A stretch of DNA of 64,000 nucleotides, from NCBI GenBank assembly GCA_020848195.1, contig JADLAP010000081.1, positions 8,822 to 72,821 on the forward strand. Reading direction: 5' to 3'. The notes beneath the pieces are model-generated. The model was not told the origin of the DNA and did not search any database. It worked only from the letters and a program-made list of their open reading frames with translations. How positions within the stretch are numbered: the first letter of the stretch is position 1; the number at the start of each line of letters is the position of its first letter. Below are positions 24,730 to 33,061 of this stretch, in pieces. Position numbers and translations under genes: made by a program. This DNA comes from Phycisphaeraceae bacterium (GTDB taxonomy: Bacteria; Planctomycetota; Phycisphaerae; Phycisphaerales; Phycisphaeraceae).

Positions 24730-27700
24730 CGGGGTCGAGGGTTTGGGACAGCGGGCCGAGGTCGCGTTGGTCGACGAGGATGCCGGTGCGACGGTCGAGG
24801 GCGTAGAGGCGGTAGTGCAGCGGCTGGGGCGCGAGGGCGGCGGGTGGGGCTACGTTCCGAGCCACCGCAGGAGCTTCTTCCGGGGCTGCTTCATGGTCCA
24901 CTTCCGGTGCAGCTTTCGGGGCTGCTTCCGGGGCCGGGGGCACTTCCGGGGGCGGGAGGGGGGAGACGAGGATGGCCAGCGGGTCGGTCAGCAGCATGGC
25001 GGCCAGTTGATGATTGGGGAAGGCGATGGCGTCGTGCCAGAGGGTGCGGCCCTGGTGGTCGAGGGCAAGGGCTTTCCCCGGCGTGAGGATGTACCAGTGG
25101 TCCTGAGCGTGCTGGAGATCGGCGGGCGAGCCGGGGATCGTGGCGGGGGTGGTTATCTGGGCGACGGCGCGGCCCGCGACGAGGTCGATCAGTTGCAGGG
25201 AGCCATCCTGATTCTGAAGAAGCATGGCGTCGCGGCTGAGCAGGCATGAGGCGGCGGTCGGGGCGGAGGGCAGGGCGAGTCGCCAGGCCTGGTTGCCGGC
25301 GGCGAGGTGGTACGCGATCAGTTGCTGGCCGGTGACGTAGAGGAGCAGGCCATCGCCGCCGAGGGCGAGCCAGGCGATGGGATTGCGTGCTTCTTCGAGT
25401 TCGTGGATGGTGGATTCGCCGGAGAGGGGATCGAGGGCGAGGACGCAGCCGCTACGGGTGTCCTGCGTGCCGACCTGTCCAGCCAGCGCGAGGGCGTCGT
25501 CGTCCATGACGAGGTGGTCGAGTTGATCCATGGCGAGCATGCGTTGCCAGAGGACGTTGCCGGCGTGACGGTCGAGGGCGACGATGCGGCCTGCGTGGTC
25601 GGCGAGACAGACGACGGCGTCGTTGACAGCCATGAGATAGCCGGGTTCGATTTCCGGTCGGGCCAGTTCGATGCGGCGTTGACGGACGACGACGCCGGGG
25701 TTCATCATCTGGATGAACGCCTGCTGGGGCGCGGGGCGAAGGTCTTTGCGTTGCCGGGGATCGCCCGCGGCGTCGAGGAGCGCGGCGGCGTCGGCTTCGG
25801 GCCATTCGCGCAGGCCGGTGCGGCCATCGAGGGCGATCAGCGAGCCGGTCTCGTCGTGCCAGAGCAGCGCCTGTTCGCTGGAGAGAGCGAGCAATGTGAC
25901 ATGGCCCGGGGTGACGGGGGATTCCCAGGCGACATCGTAGTCAGGCGCGCGGCGAAGCTGAACGCGGTCGGAAAGCTGGATCAGGAACCGATCGCGCGGG
26001 CGATTGTCGGAGGCGGTGAACCGGGGCACGAGCAACTGGCCGGGCATGATGCGAGGCGAGGTCCAGGGCAGCGTCATCGCGGGCAGCGAGGACTGCTGAT
26101 CCTGCCTTCCCGCCAGTTGGGCGAGCCAGGCGTCGATGGGGGTGGGTTTGCCGTCGCGCAGGGGCACGAGTTGGGGGAACTGCCTTCGCGCGCGGGTGAG
26201 CCAGCGTCGAGCGGCGGAGGGTTGATGGAGGGATTCACGGATTTGCGCGATTCGGCCGACAATGTCGGCGCGGACAGCGTCGGAGGAAGCCATGGGATAC
26301 GCGCGGCGAAGCTGGGCCAGCGCGTCGTCGTGCAGTCCGCCGGCCAGCAGTTTGACCGCCGCCGCCTGACGCGCGGACACGGCGACGGGGGAGAGGGGAT
26401 ATTGTTCCGCCAGTTGGATCAACAGGTCGGCCGGTGCGTCGGCATTGCGCTGAAGCTGTTCGAGTTGCTGCTGGGCCTGCTGGTCGTAGCGCTGGTAGAG
26501 CGAAGGATAGGCACGGACGAGTTGGGTGATGCGAAGCGTGGCTTCGAGCCGGGCCTGGCGCGAGCCGCCTTCGTAGGGGAAAAGCTGGGCGGCGAGGCTT
26601 GGATCGTCCAGCACGTTCTGGAAATGTTCGATGGCCTGCTCCGGCTGGCCGCTGTTCTGGAGGAAGCGGCCCATGGTCAGTTGATAGATCACCTCGTCGG
26701 CGGGCGTGACGGCGGCGGCGGCGAGGCGGTCGAGCAACTGGCGTCGCGCGGCGACATCGAGCGACATGGACTGTTCGTACGGCGTGGCGGCGGCGCGGGA
26801 CTGGTCCTCGGCGTCATCGACGAGGCGGCGAATCCCGGCGAAGACCTGGGCCTGATCGTCGCCGGGTCGCGCGGCCGCGGATTGAGGATTGGGATTGGCA
26901 TCCGGCGACCGGCCAAGGCGCAAGGCGTCGAGGGCTGCATCGATGCCGGCGAGCATTTCGGCGGCGCGTTTGAGTTGTCCGGCAAGGCTGGCCAGCGACA
27001 GGCCCGGCCCGGGATCGCGGGGCCAGGCCGCCATCTGCGCCTTGAGCGACGTCACGGCATCCGGCCACGCCATGTAGCTCGTCAATTGTTGTTCGCCGCT
27101 GACCAGCACCTGTTGCGGCGCGAGGACCACATGGCCCGGCGCGTCGAGGGGCATGTCCCGCAGTTTGCGCCCGGTCGCCAGATCGAGCACCACAAGCTGA
27201 TTGCCCATGGCCACGGCGACCTGGTTGTCCGCGATCGCCGGCCGACCGAGCGGGTCCGGGGCCTGCGGCGTCGCCGGGGTGGGCGGGGCGAAGCGCCATC
27301 TGGCCGCCAGCGTATCGCCGTCAAGCAGGCGCAGGTCGCGGCCGACGGCGAGAATGTCCTTGCCGACGAGGTGGAGCTGGTCGCCGACCGCCAGGCTGGT
27401 GTCCGCCAGATCGCGCCGCCTGGCGCCGGTGTTCGGGTCCAGCAGCACGCCGGGTGAATCCATGTCGGGCACGATCAAGCCCGCGGGAACCAGCAGGGGA
27501 TCGCCGAGGTTCAGCGGCTGCGTCATTCGCCGGAGGTTGGCGGCGGGTGGCGCGGTTTCGTCGTTGTCGCGGGTGTCGCCGGGATGGACGACGAGCCAGC
27601 GGATGGCGCCGTCGCGGCCGTCGAGACACGTTACCGCGCCGAGGTTGTCGGCGACGTAGAGTCGTCCGCCATCGACGAGCATGTGTCCGAGCAATCCACT

Positions 27701-29143
27701 GCCGCCGCCGGAGCCGCCCATGTTGCCACCCACGGCCGCGCTGCTGAGGTGTCGCCGCCATAGCGGCCTGCCTGTCGCCGCATCCACCGCCGCCACGAAC
27801 GCGCCGTGGAAGCCCGACATCTGGTTCCGGCGGATCAGCACGTACAGCCGGCCCTGGTCCAGCGCCGGCGTGCCGTGGAAAAACGCCGTCGCCAGCGAGG
27901 CGTCCAGGTCCGACGGTTCGAGCTGCCACGTCATCTTTCCGGTTTGCCGGTCCACCGCCGCGAGGAACGTCCGGTGCAGGTTCAGACGCCAGCCGAAGCG
28001 CCAGTTGGACACCCGGCCCAGGACGGCGTACATCGTCGGGCCGTCGCTGACCACGCCGCGCTGGTCCGTCGTCCACTGGCTGATCACCGCGAAGTTGCCC
28101 AGTTGCGACGTCGGCGTCAGTTCCCGCGGCGCGTAGCGCCACAGTCGCCGGCCCGACACGCGATCCAGCGCGTCGAGCATCCGGCCATCGTTGATCACCA
28201 GCGTCTGACCCTCAATCCACGGCAGGCAGGGATACTGCGTGTTCCGTTGCGCGACGGCGCGCTGCATCGCGGGCTGGTTCTTCGCCTCATCCGCCTCGCC
28301 GGCCAGGGGAATGGACCACAACGCCTTTCCCCCCGCGTCCGTCAGTGCGGCGGCGGGATTCAGCGATGTCGTATTCGGCGGCGGCGTGCGGCTGCCGATC
28401 CATCCGGCCAGTTCCGCCATCGCCGCTTCGTCGCCGAGTTGATGCAGTTCGGTCCGGCTCTGCTGGAGTCGGCCGGCATCGGAGCCGAACAGCCCGGCCG
28501 CACACTGCAGGAGCAGCCAGCGCGTGCGCCGCGGCGGCAGGTCCGGATGACGGGCGGCTTCATCGAGCAGGATGGCGGCATCCATCGGCGCGCCGCGCTC
28601 GAGGTTCCATCCCGCCAGCAGCAGCGACGCTTCCAGTCCCGCCGGGCACAGGTCGAATCGCCGGCGAATGTCGGTCAGGGCGGCGATGTCCAGACCCAGC
28701 GTCTCCGTCGGGCCGACGTTTTTCGCTTCGTCCAGCAGACGCTGCGCCTCGGCGTTCCACCGTTGACGATAGGCTTCCAGCAGACGGGGATCGCCCAGCA
28801 ACAGAGTCCGCACCCACTGGCGTGTGTCGGTGTAGGTGTCCGGTGCGCCCTGAGGCGCGAGCTTCTGGCCGTGTTCGTCGAGGACGCGCTGGTACTGCTG
28901 GGCCGCTTCGGCGAGGCGATTCTGTTCCGTCAGACGTCGGGCTTCGTTGAGCAGGTCCGCCGCGGCCGGGGAGTCGTCGAGGTAGACCGGGGCACGCTGA
29001 CCGCCCGGCGATGCGGAAGCGTCCAATCCGAACTGCGCCCACGCCGGCGTCGCAACCCACCCGGTCGCCAGCATCAGCGCCGTCGCCGTCAGTCCACGCC
29101 GGCCGCACCTGAACCCGTGCTTCCCTGCCCAGAGCCAGTGCAC
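24653..29143 (-). CDS. giant secreted TPR plus PQQ-like beta-propeller repeat protein
   Basis: Track ORF 24653..29335. I prefer the GTG at 29143 (or the ATG at 29074) because the upstream 64 codons read through REPIN-B. Signal-like TATALMLATGWVATPAWAQ. Repeated WR/W-x-x motifs typical of PQQ/BamB-like propellers. EAAP-type low-complexity tract near the C-terminus. Confidence 0.8.
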   Translation of the reverse strand: MHWLWAGKHGFRCGRRGLTATALMLATGWVATPAWAQFGLDASASPGGQRAPVYLDDSPAAADLLNEARRLTEQNRLAEAAQQYQRVLDEHGQKLAPQGAPDTYTDTRQWVRTLLLGDPRLLEAYRQRWNAEAQRLLDEAKNVGPTETLGLDIAALTDIRRRFDLCPAGLEASLLLAGWNLERGAPMDAAILLDEAARHPDLPPRRTRWLLLQCAAGLFGSDAGRLQQSRTELHQLGDEAAMAELAGWIGSRTPPPNTTSLNPAAALTDAGGKALWSIPLAGEADEAKNQPAMQRAVAQRNTQYPCLPWIEGQTLVINDGRMLDALDRVSGRRLWRYAPRELTPTSQLGNFAVISQWTTDQRGVVSDGPTMYAVLGRVSNWRFGWRLNLHRTFLAAVDRQTGKMTWQLEPSDLDASLATAFFHGTPALDQGRLYVLIRRNQMSGFHGAFVAAVDAATGRPLWRRHLSSAAVGGNMGGSGGGSGLLGHMLVDGGRLYVADNLGAVTCLDGRDGAIRWLVVHPGDTRDNDETAPPAANLRRMTQPLNLGDPLLVPAGLIVPDMDSPGVLLDPNTGARRRDLADTSLAVGDQLHLVGKDILAVGRDLRLLDGDTLAARWRFAPPTPATPQAPDPLGRPAIADNQVAVAMGNQLVVLDLATGRKLRDMPLDAPGHVVLAPQQVLVSGEQQLTSYMAWPDAVTSLKAQMAAWPRDPGPGLSLASLAGQLKRAAEMLAGIDAALDALRLGRSPDANPNPQSAAARPGDDQAQVFAGIRRLVDDAEDQSRAAATPYEQSMSLDVAARRQLLDRLAAAAVTPADEVIYQLTMGRFLQNSGQPEQAIEHFQNVLDDPSLAAQLFPYEGGSRQARLEATLRITQLVRAYPSLYQRYDQQAQQQLEQLQRNADAPADLLIQLAEQYPLSPVAVSARQAAAVKLLAGGLHDDALAQLRRAYPMASSDAVRADIVGRIAQIRESLHQPSAARRWLTRARRQFPQLVPLRDGKPTPIDAWLAQLAGRQDQQSSLPAMTLPWTSPRIMPGQLLVPRFTASDNRPRDRFLIQLSDRVQLRRAPDYDVAWESPVTPGHVTLLALSSEQALLWHDETGSLIALDGRTGLREWPEADAAALLDAAGDPRQRKDLRPAPQQAFIQMMNPGVVVRQRRIELARPEIEPGYLMAVNDAVVCLADHAGRIVALDRHAGNVLWQRMLAMDQLDHLVMDDDALALAGQVGTQDTRSGCVLALDPLSGESTIHELEEARNPIAWLALGGDGLLLYVTGQQLIAYHLAAGNQAWRLALPSAPTAASCLLSRDAMLLQNQDGSLQLIDLVAGRAVAQITTPATIPGSPADLQHAQDHWYILTPGKALALDHQGRTLWHDAIAFPNHQLAAMLLTDPLAILVSPLPPPEVPPAPEAAPKAAPEVDHEAAPEEAPAVARNVAPPAALAPQPLHYRLYALDRRTGILVDQRDLGPLSQTLDPAACLALHHHLVLSAEQTVILIPDSQ

Positions 29144-29158
29144 CTGAAAAACCGGGCA

Positions 29159-29270
29159 TGACGAGCCGCGACCGTCAGGGAGCGGACCGCCTCCCAACAA
29201 GGGGGTGCCTCGCAACAACCAGCACCCCAGGCGGCGGAAGATCGTCCGCTCCCTCACGGTCGCGGCTCGT
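29159..29270. repeat. REPIN-B element
   Basis: TGACGAGCCGCGACCGTCAGGGAGCGGACCGC (29159-29190) and inverted partner GTCCGCTCCCTCACGGTCGCGGCTCGT (29244-29270). Confidence 0.75.
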
Positions 29271-29361
29271 AAAATTGGGATGCGCTGGCTGTGCTTCCCC
29301 GCCATGTCATCAGTGTAGCCGCTTCCCCGAGCCAAATGGACTTTGTTATCCTGTTGTTCAG

Positions 29362-30282
29362 ATGACCAGTCGATTCACCATTGTCGGGCTGGGCGAAGCA
29401 CTTTTTGACACGTTTCCAACCCAGCAGGTTCTCGGCGGAGCGCCCCTGAATGTCGCGGTCCACGCGCACCAGCTCGCCCAAGCCCGCGGCGGTCAGGGCG
29501 TGGTCGTTTCCCGCGTCGGACAGGACGCCCTCGGCGCCCGCGTCGCCGCCGAGCTGCGCCAGCGCGACATGACGGTCGACTACCTCCAGACCGATCCCGA
29601 TCATCCCACCGGCGAAGTCATCGTCGATGTCGACGACGACGGCCAGCCCGCGTTTGAGATCGCCGAGGATTCCGCCTGGGACTGGCTTCAGTTCGATCCG
29701 GATCTCGAAACGCTGGCCCGCCGCGCCGACGCCGTCTGCTTCGGCACCCTCGCTCAGCGCAACGCCCAGGCCCGCAACACCATTTACAGGTTTCTCTCCT
29801 GTTGCCGTTCCACGTCCACGCGGCTGTTCGACGTGAACCTGCGCCAGTTCTACTACAGCGCCCAGATTCTTCAGAAAAGCTGCGAACTGGCCAACATCGT
29901 CAAGCTCAACGATCAGGAATTGCTGATGGTGCTGTCGCTGCTGGGCATCGGCGGGCCGGAGGACACCGCGGAGTGGCGGATCACGAAACTCATCAAGACC
30001 TTCTCCCTGCGCGGCGTCGTGCTGACGCGCGGCGCCAAGGGCACGCAGGTGTTCACCGCGCAGGGTTCGCACGAGGACGAACTGGTGTCGTATCCGATGC
30101 AGGACGGCGCGGATGCCGTGGGCGCCGGCGACGCATGTTCGGCTGCGATCCTCGTCGCCGCCACGCTGCGACTGCCCATCGCCCGGACCGTGAAGCTGGC
30201 CAACCACTGCGGCGCGTTCGTCGCCGCCTCGCGCGGCGCCACCCCGACCCTGCCCGACAGCATCCTGCAGATGCTCCAATGA
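29362..30282 (+). CDS. PfkB-family carbohydrate kinase
   Basis: Track ORF 29158..30282 trimmed to the ATG at 29362. MTSRFTIVGLGEALFD...GGAPLNVA and C-terminal DAVGAGDACSAA (PfkB signature 2-like). Confidence 0.85.
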   Translation: MTSRFTIVGLGEALFDTFPTQQVLGGAPLNVAVHAHQLAQARGGQGVVVSRVGQDALGARVAAELRQRDMTVDYLQTDPDHPTGEVIVDVDDDGQPAFEIAEDSAWDWLQFDPDLETLARRADAVCFGTLAQRNAQARNTIYRFLSCCRSTSTRLFDVNLRQFYYSAQILQKSCELANIVKLNDQELLMVLSLLGIGGPEDTAEWRITKLIKTFSLRGVVLTRGAKGTQVFTAQGSHEDELVSYPMQDGADAVGAGDACSAAILVAATLRLPIARTVKLANHCGAFVAASRGATPTLPDSILQMLQ

Positions 30283-30326
30283 TGGTGCAAGTCTGACCGG
30301 GGGATACGTGAAAGTCCGGCGACAGC

Positions 30327-31088
30327 ATGGGCGGCATCACCGACAACCGCGATTCCCTTCAGGCCGAAGCTCGCACTTTTGACGCGATTGTGCGGGAAAA
30401 GGGCGATTTCAATCCGTTCGCCGACCGGGGCTGGGAGACGCTTCGCCGACGGTTCGAGGCGATGATCCCCGCCGAAGCCGCCGCGTTCGGTCTGCTCGAC
30501 GTCGGCTGCGGCAGCGGACAGTCGCGGCGCGTCTACCGCGCCGCCGCGGCGAAGTACGTGGGGCTGGACCTGTCCGAAGCCTCTGTCCGCCGCGCGCGGG
30601 AACTCGACTCCCGGCAACACTGGCTTCGCGGCGACGCGCTCGCCCTGCCGCTTGCCGATGCGTCGTTCGGCGTCGTGGCGTTCAGCAGCGTGCTGCACCA
30701 CGTGCCCGACCGGCAGGCGGCCTTGCGCGAAGCCGTGCGCGTGCTGCGGCCCGGAGGCTGGGTCTTCGCGTTCGATCCGAATCTGCTGCATCCCGCCATG
30801 GCGATGTTCCGCCACCCGCGCAGCCCGTTCTACCTCAAGGCCGGCGTCAGTCCCGATGAACAGCCGCTGTTGCCCTCCGTGCTGCGGCGCGAGCTGGCCG
30901 GCGCGGGGCTGATCGACATCCGCCAGCGATGCCAGAGCGACATCCCCTACCGCGACGTCGCCCCGCGCCTGATCCGCGCCTGTCTGGGCATCTACAACCG
31001 GGCGGACTGGATGATGGAAAAGACCGGCCTGGCCCGCTGGTTCGGCACGTTCGTCGTCACCGTTGGCCGAAAGCCCGCGATGGCCTGA
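30327..31088 (+). CDS. class I SAM-dependent methyltransferase
   Basis: LLDVGCGSGQS (motif I) and FGVVAFSSVLHHVPDRQAALREAVRVLRPGGWVF. Confidence 0.8.
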   Translation: MGGITDNRDSLQAEARTFDAIVREKGDFNPFADRGWETLRRRFEAMIPAEAAAFGLLDVGCGSGQSRRVYRAAAAKYVGLDLSEASVRRARELDSRQHWLRGDALALPLADASFGVVAFSSVLHHVPDRQAALREAVRVLRPGGWVFAFDPNLLHPAMAMFRHPRSPFYLKAGVSPDEQPLLPSVLRRELAGAGLIDIRQRCQSDIPYRDVAPRLIRACLGIYNRADWMMEKTGLARWFGTFVVTVGRKPAMA

Positions 31089-31098
31089 TACGCGATTG

Positions 31099-31518
31099 CT
31101 ATTCCAGCCTGCCGACCAGAAACGACGCCAGCAGCACAATCAGGACCAGCAGCGTCACCAGGGCGAAGACCCAGTCCCGGTCCAGCGCGAAGGCGACCAC
31201 GGAGACGCAGACGCGGAGCACCGGCGTGGCGATCAGCAGCAGCAGGCCGAGGGTCATGATCGACCGGCCGCTGCCTTGGCGCAGACCTTCTCCCATGTCG
31301 CGCAAGGTGAACGGAAACGCCGCGCCCGTGTCGGTCAGCCGGGGAAGGGCATGCGGGTCCGTCATGTATTCCGGGTGGTGGATCAGGGACACCGTGACGC
31401 CGCCGAGGATACAGAGGGAGCTGACGAGCAGGCCGAGGCGGAGCAGCCGGCTGAGGGTCTGTTCCATGCGGCTGAAGTCGATGTGCCTGGTTTTGGGCTG
31501 GGAAGTCGTCGGATTCAT
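31099..31518 (-). CDS. DUF1634-like small membrane protein
   Basis: Track ORF 31099..32052 trimmed to the ATG at 31518. 4-nt ATGA overlap with the TauE gene stop. ...TLGLLLLIATPVLRVCVSVVAFALDRDWVF... Confidence 0.7.
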   Translation of the reverse strand: MNPTTSQPKTRHIDFSRMEQTLSRLLRLGLLVSSLCILGGVTVSLIHHPEYMTDPHALPRLTDTGAAFPFTLRDMGEGLRQGSGRSIMTLGLLLLIATPVLRVCVSVVAFALDRDWVFALVTLLVLIVLLASFLVGRLE

Positions 31519-32354
31519 GGATGCAGCCCTTTGCGCAGCATCTGGAAGGCGACCAGCAGGAGCACGGCGGCGAAGGCGGCGCGGAGTGTGGAACTTTTGA
31601 GCCGGCCGGCGATGCGAGCGCCGAGGAGGGAGCCGCAGAGCACACCGACGGCGGTGGGGCCGGCGATGAACGGGTCGATGTCCCCGCGGGCGAAGTAGAC
31701 CCCGGCGCTGGCGGCCGCGGTGACGCCGATCATGAACGTGCTGGTGGCGGTGGCGACCTTGATCGGGATCCCCATGCTGATGCTCATGACGGGAACTTTG
31801 ATGATGCCGCCGCCGATGCCCAACAGGCCGCTGAGGACGCCGGCCATGGTGCTCAAGCCCGCGCCGAAGCCGGTGCGTCGCACGCGGTAGTCGCTTCGCC
31901 GTCCGGTGGCCTGGTCGAAATAGGAGGCATGGAGGGCCAGGGCGTCGGCGAGGCGGTCGCGCCGGATGCCTTCCGTTCCCGTGGTTTCGCGCCGCCGCCA
32001 CATCGCCAGCGCGGTGTAGACCAGCACGGCTCCGAAGGCCAGATACAGCCACCGTCCGGTGATTACGCCGGCGAAGAACGCGCCCGCCAGCGCTCCCAGG
32101 GTCGTGGCCAGTTCAAGGAACATGCCCACGCGGATGTTGACCATGTGATCCTTGATGTAGGCTGCGCCGGCCCCGCTGGACGTGGCGATCACCGACACGA
32201 TCGACGCGCCGATGGCGTAACGGATGTCCACGCCCAGCCACAGCGACAGAGCCGGGACGACAATAATGCCGCCGCCCAGCCCGAGGATCGAGCCGAACAC
32301 GCCCGCCGCGATGGAAATCGCGAAAACAACCGCCATGAACTCAACCGGCGTCAT
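31515..32354 (-). CDS. TauE/SafE (DUF81) family anion exporter
   Basis: Track ORF 31515..32390 trimmed to the ATG at 32354. GVFGSILGLGGGIIVVPAL repeated in the second half as GVLSGLLGIGGGIIKVP. Confidence 0.85.
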   Translation of the reverse strand: MTPVEFMAVVFAISIAAGVFGSILGLGGGIIVVPALSLWLGVDIRYAIGASIVSVIATSSGAGAAYIKDHMVNIRVGMFLELATTLGALAGAFFAGVITGRWLYLAFGAVLVYTALAMWRRRETTGTEGIRRDRLADALALHASYFDQATGRRSDYRVRRTGFGAGLSTMAGVLSGLLGIGGGIIKVPVMSISMGIPIKVATATSTFMIGVTAAASAGVYFARGDIDPFIAGPTAVGVLCGSLLGARIAGRLKSSTLRAAFAAVLLLVAFQMLRKGLHP

Positions 32355-32444
32355 CGCGCGCAACTTAGGGCAAACATGAAATCGTCGCAAGCGGAGAATG
32401 GATGGGTAAGGGCTGAATGTCCAAGCCCCAATGACGCATGACCG

Positions 32445-32470
32445 GACGCGCGGGCGGTTTGCCCGCGGCT
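32445..32470. repeat. single REP-A copy
   Basis: GACGCGCGGGCGGTTTGCCCGCGGCT, 25/26 identical to the arms at 7757-7835. Confidence 0.7.
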
Positions 32471-32535
32471 GAGAAGGACGGAGCGTTTTTATTCGTGGTT
32501 CGGTTTGGTCATTCGGGCATTGCGCCCCGCGTCGC

Positions 32536-32580
32536 CGTCCGTCGTAGCACCACGCGGCGGTGCAGGGTCAGCGATGCCGG
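32536..32580. repeat. left copy of 45-nt direct repeat (relic of the RND gene 3' end)
   Basis: 41/45 identical to 33077-33121, with a perfect 27-nt core AGCACCACGCGGCGGTGCAGGGTCAGC (32546-32572). Relic frame reads ...TLHRRVVLRRTATRGAMPE*. Confidence 0.75.
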
Positions 32581-32792
32581 AGAAACTCATCCAGCGTCAG
32601 GCCGATGTCCTTGATGATCTGGCGAAGCAGCACGGGCGATACGCTGCGTCCGGGGTGATTGGGAACCGTTGTGCAGCGGCCATCCGCGTGGCGGTACTGC
32701 ATGTGCGAACCGCGCTGGCGCACCAGCGCGAAACCCAGCGTCTCCAGGATGGTGCGGATTTCCCGTGGCTTGAGGACTGGTGGCCTGGGCAT
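32568..32792 (-). CDS. hicA: HicA-family toxin (mRNA interferase)
   Basis: Track ORF. LKPREIRTILETLGFALVRQRGSHMQYRH...TTVPNHPGRSVSPVLLRQIIKDIGLT is a canonical HicA/YcfA pattern. Confidence 0.85.
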   Translation of the reverse strand: MPRPPVLKPREIRTILETLGFALVRQRGSHMQYRHADGRCTTVPNHPGRSVSPVLLRQIIKDIGLTLDEFLRHR

Positions 32793-32795
32793 CGG

Positions 32796-33008
32796 TTACG
32801 CCGCCACGATGATGCTTTGCGTGCCGACGAACTCCGATTCCAATTCGGGTTCGCCGTCTTCCAGAAGCATGGCGATCACTTCCTGAAGGTTGTGTTGGAG
32901 TTCATCGAGCGACTCGCCTTGCGCATGCGCGCCGGCGAAGCCGGGGACAAAACCGACATACAGGCCCGTGTCCGGGCAGCGTTCAATCACCGCGGTAAAG
33001 GCTCTCAT
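32796..33008 (-). CDS. hicB: HicB-family antitoxin
   Basis: Track ORF 32796..33116 trimmed to the ATG at 33008. MRAFTAVIERCPDTGLYVGFVPGFAGAHAQGESLDELQHNLQEVIAMLLEDG is a HicB N-terminal fold pattern. 3 nt before hicA. Confidence 0.8.
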   Translation of the reverse strand: MRAFTAVIERCPDTGLYVGFVPGFAGAHAQGESLDELQHNLQEVIAMLLEDGEPELESEFVGTQSIIVAA

Positions 33009-33061
33009 GATGGCGCGATCGTACGGCGACGCGCGGGCCAAGTCAACAAAAATACAAGCAT

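Noticed and set aside
25307-29161. Plus-strand ORFs 25307..27457 (716 aa) and 27806..29161 (451 aa)
   Set aside because: They are antisense to the giant PQQ/TPR gene. Gly/Asp/Arg/Val-rich artefacts.
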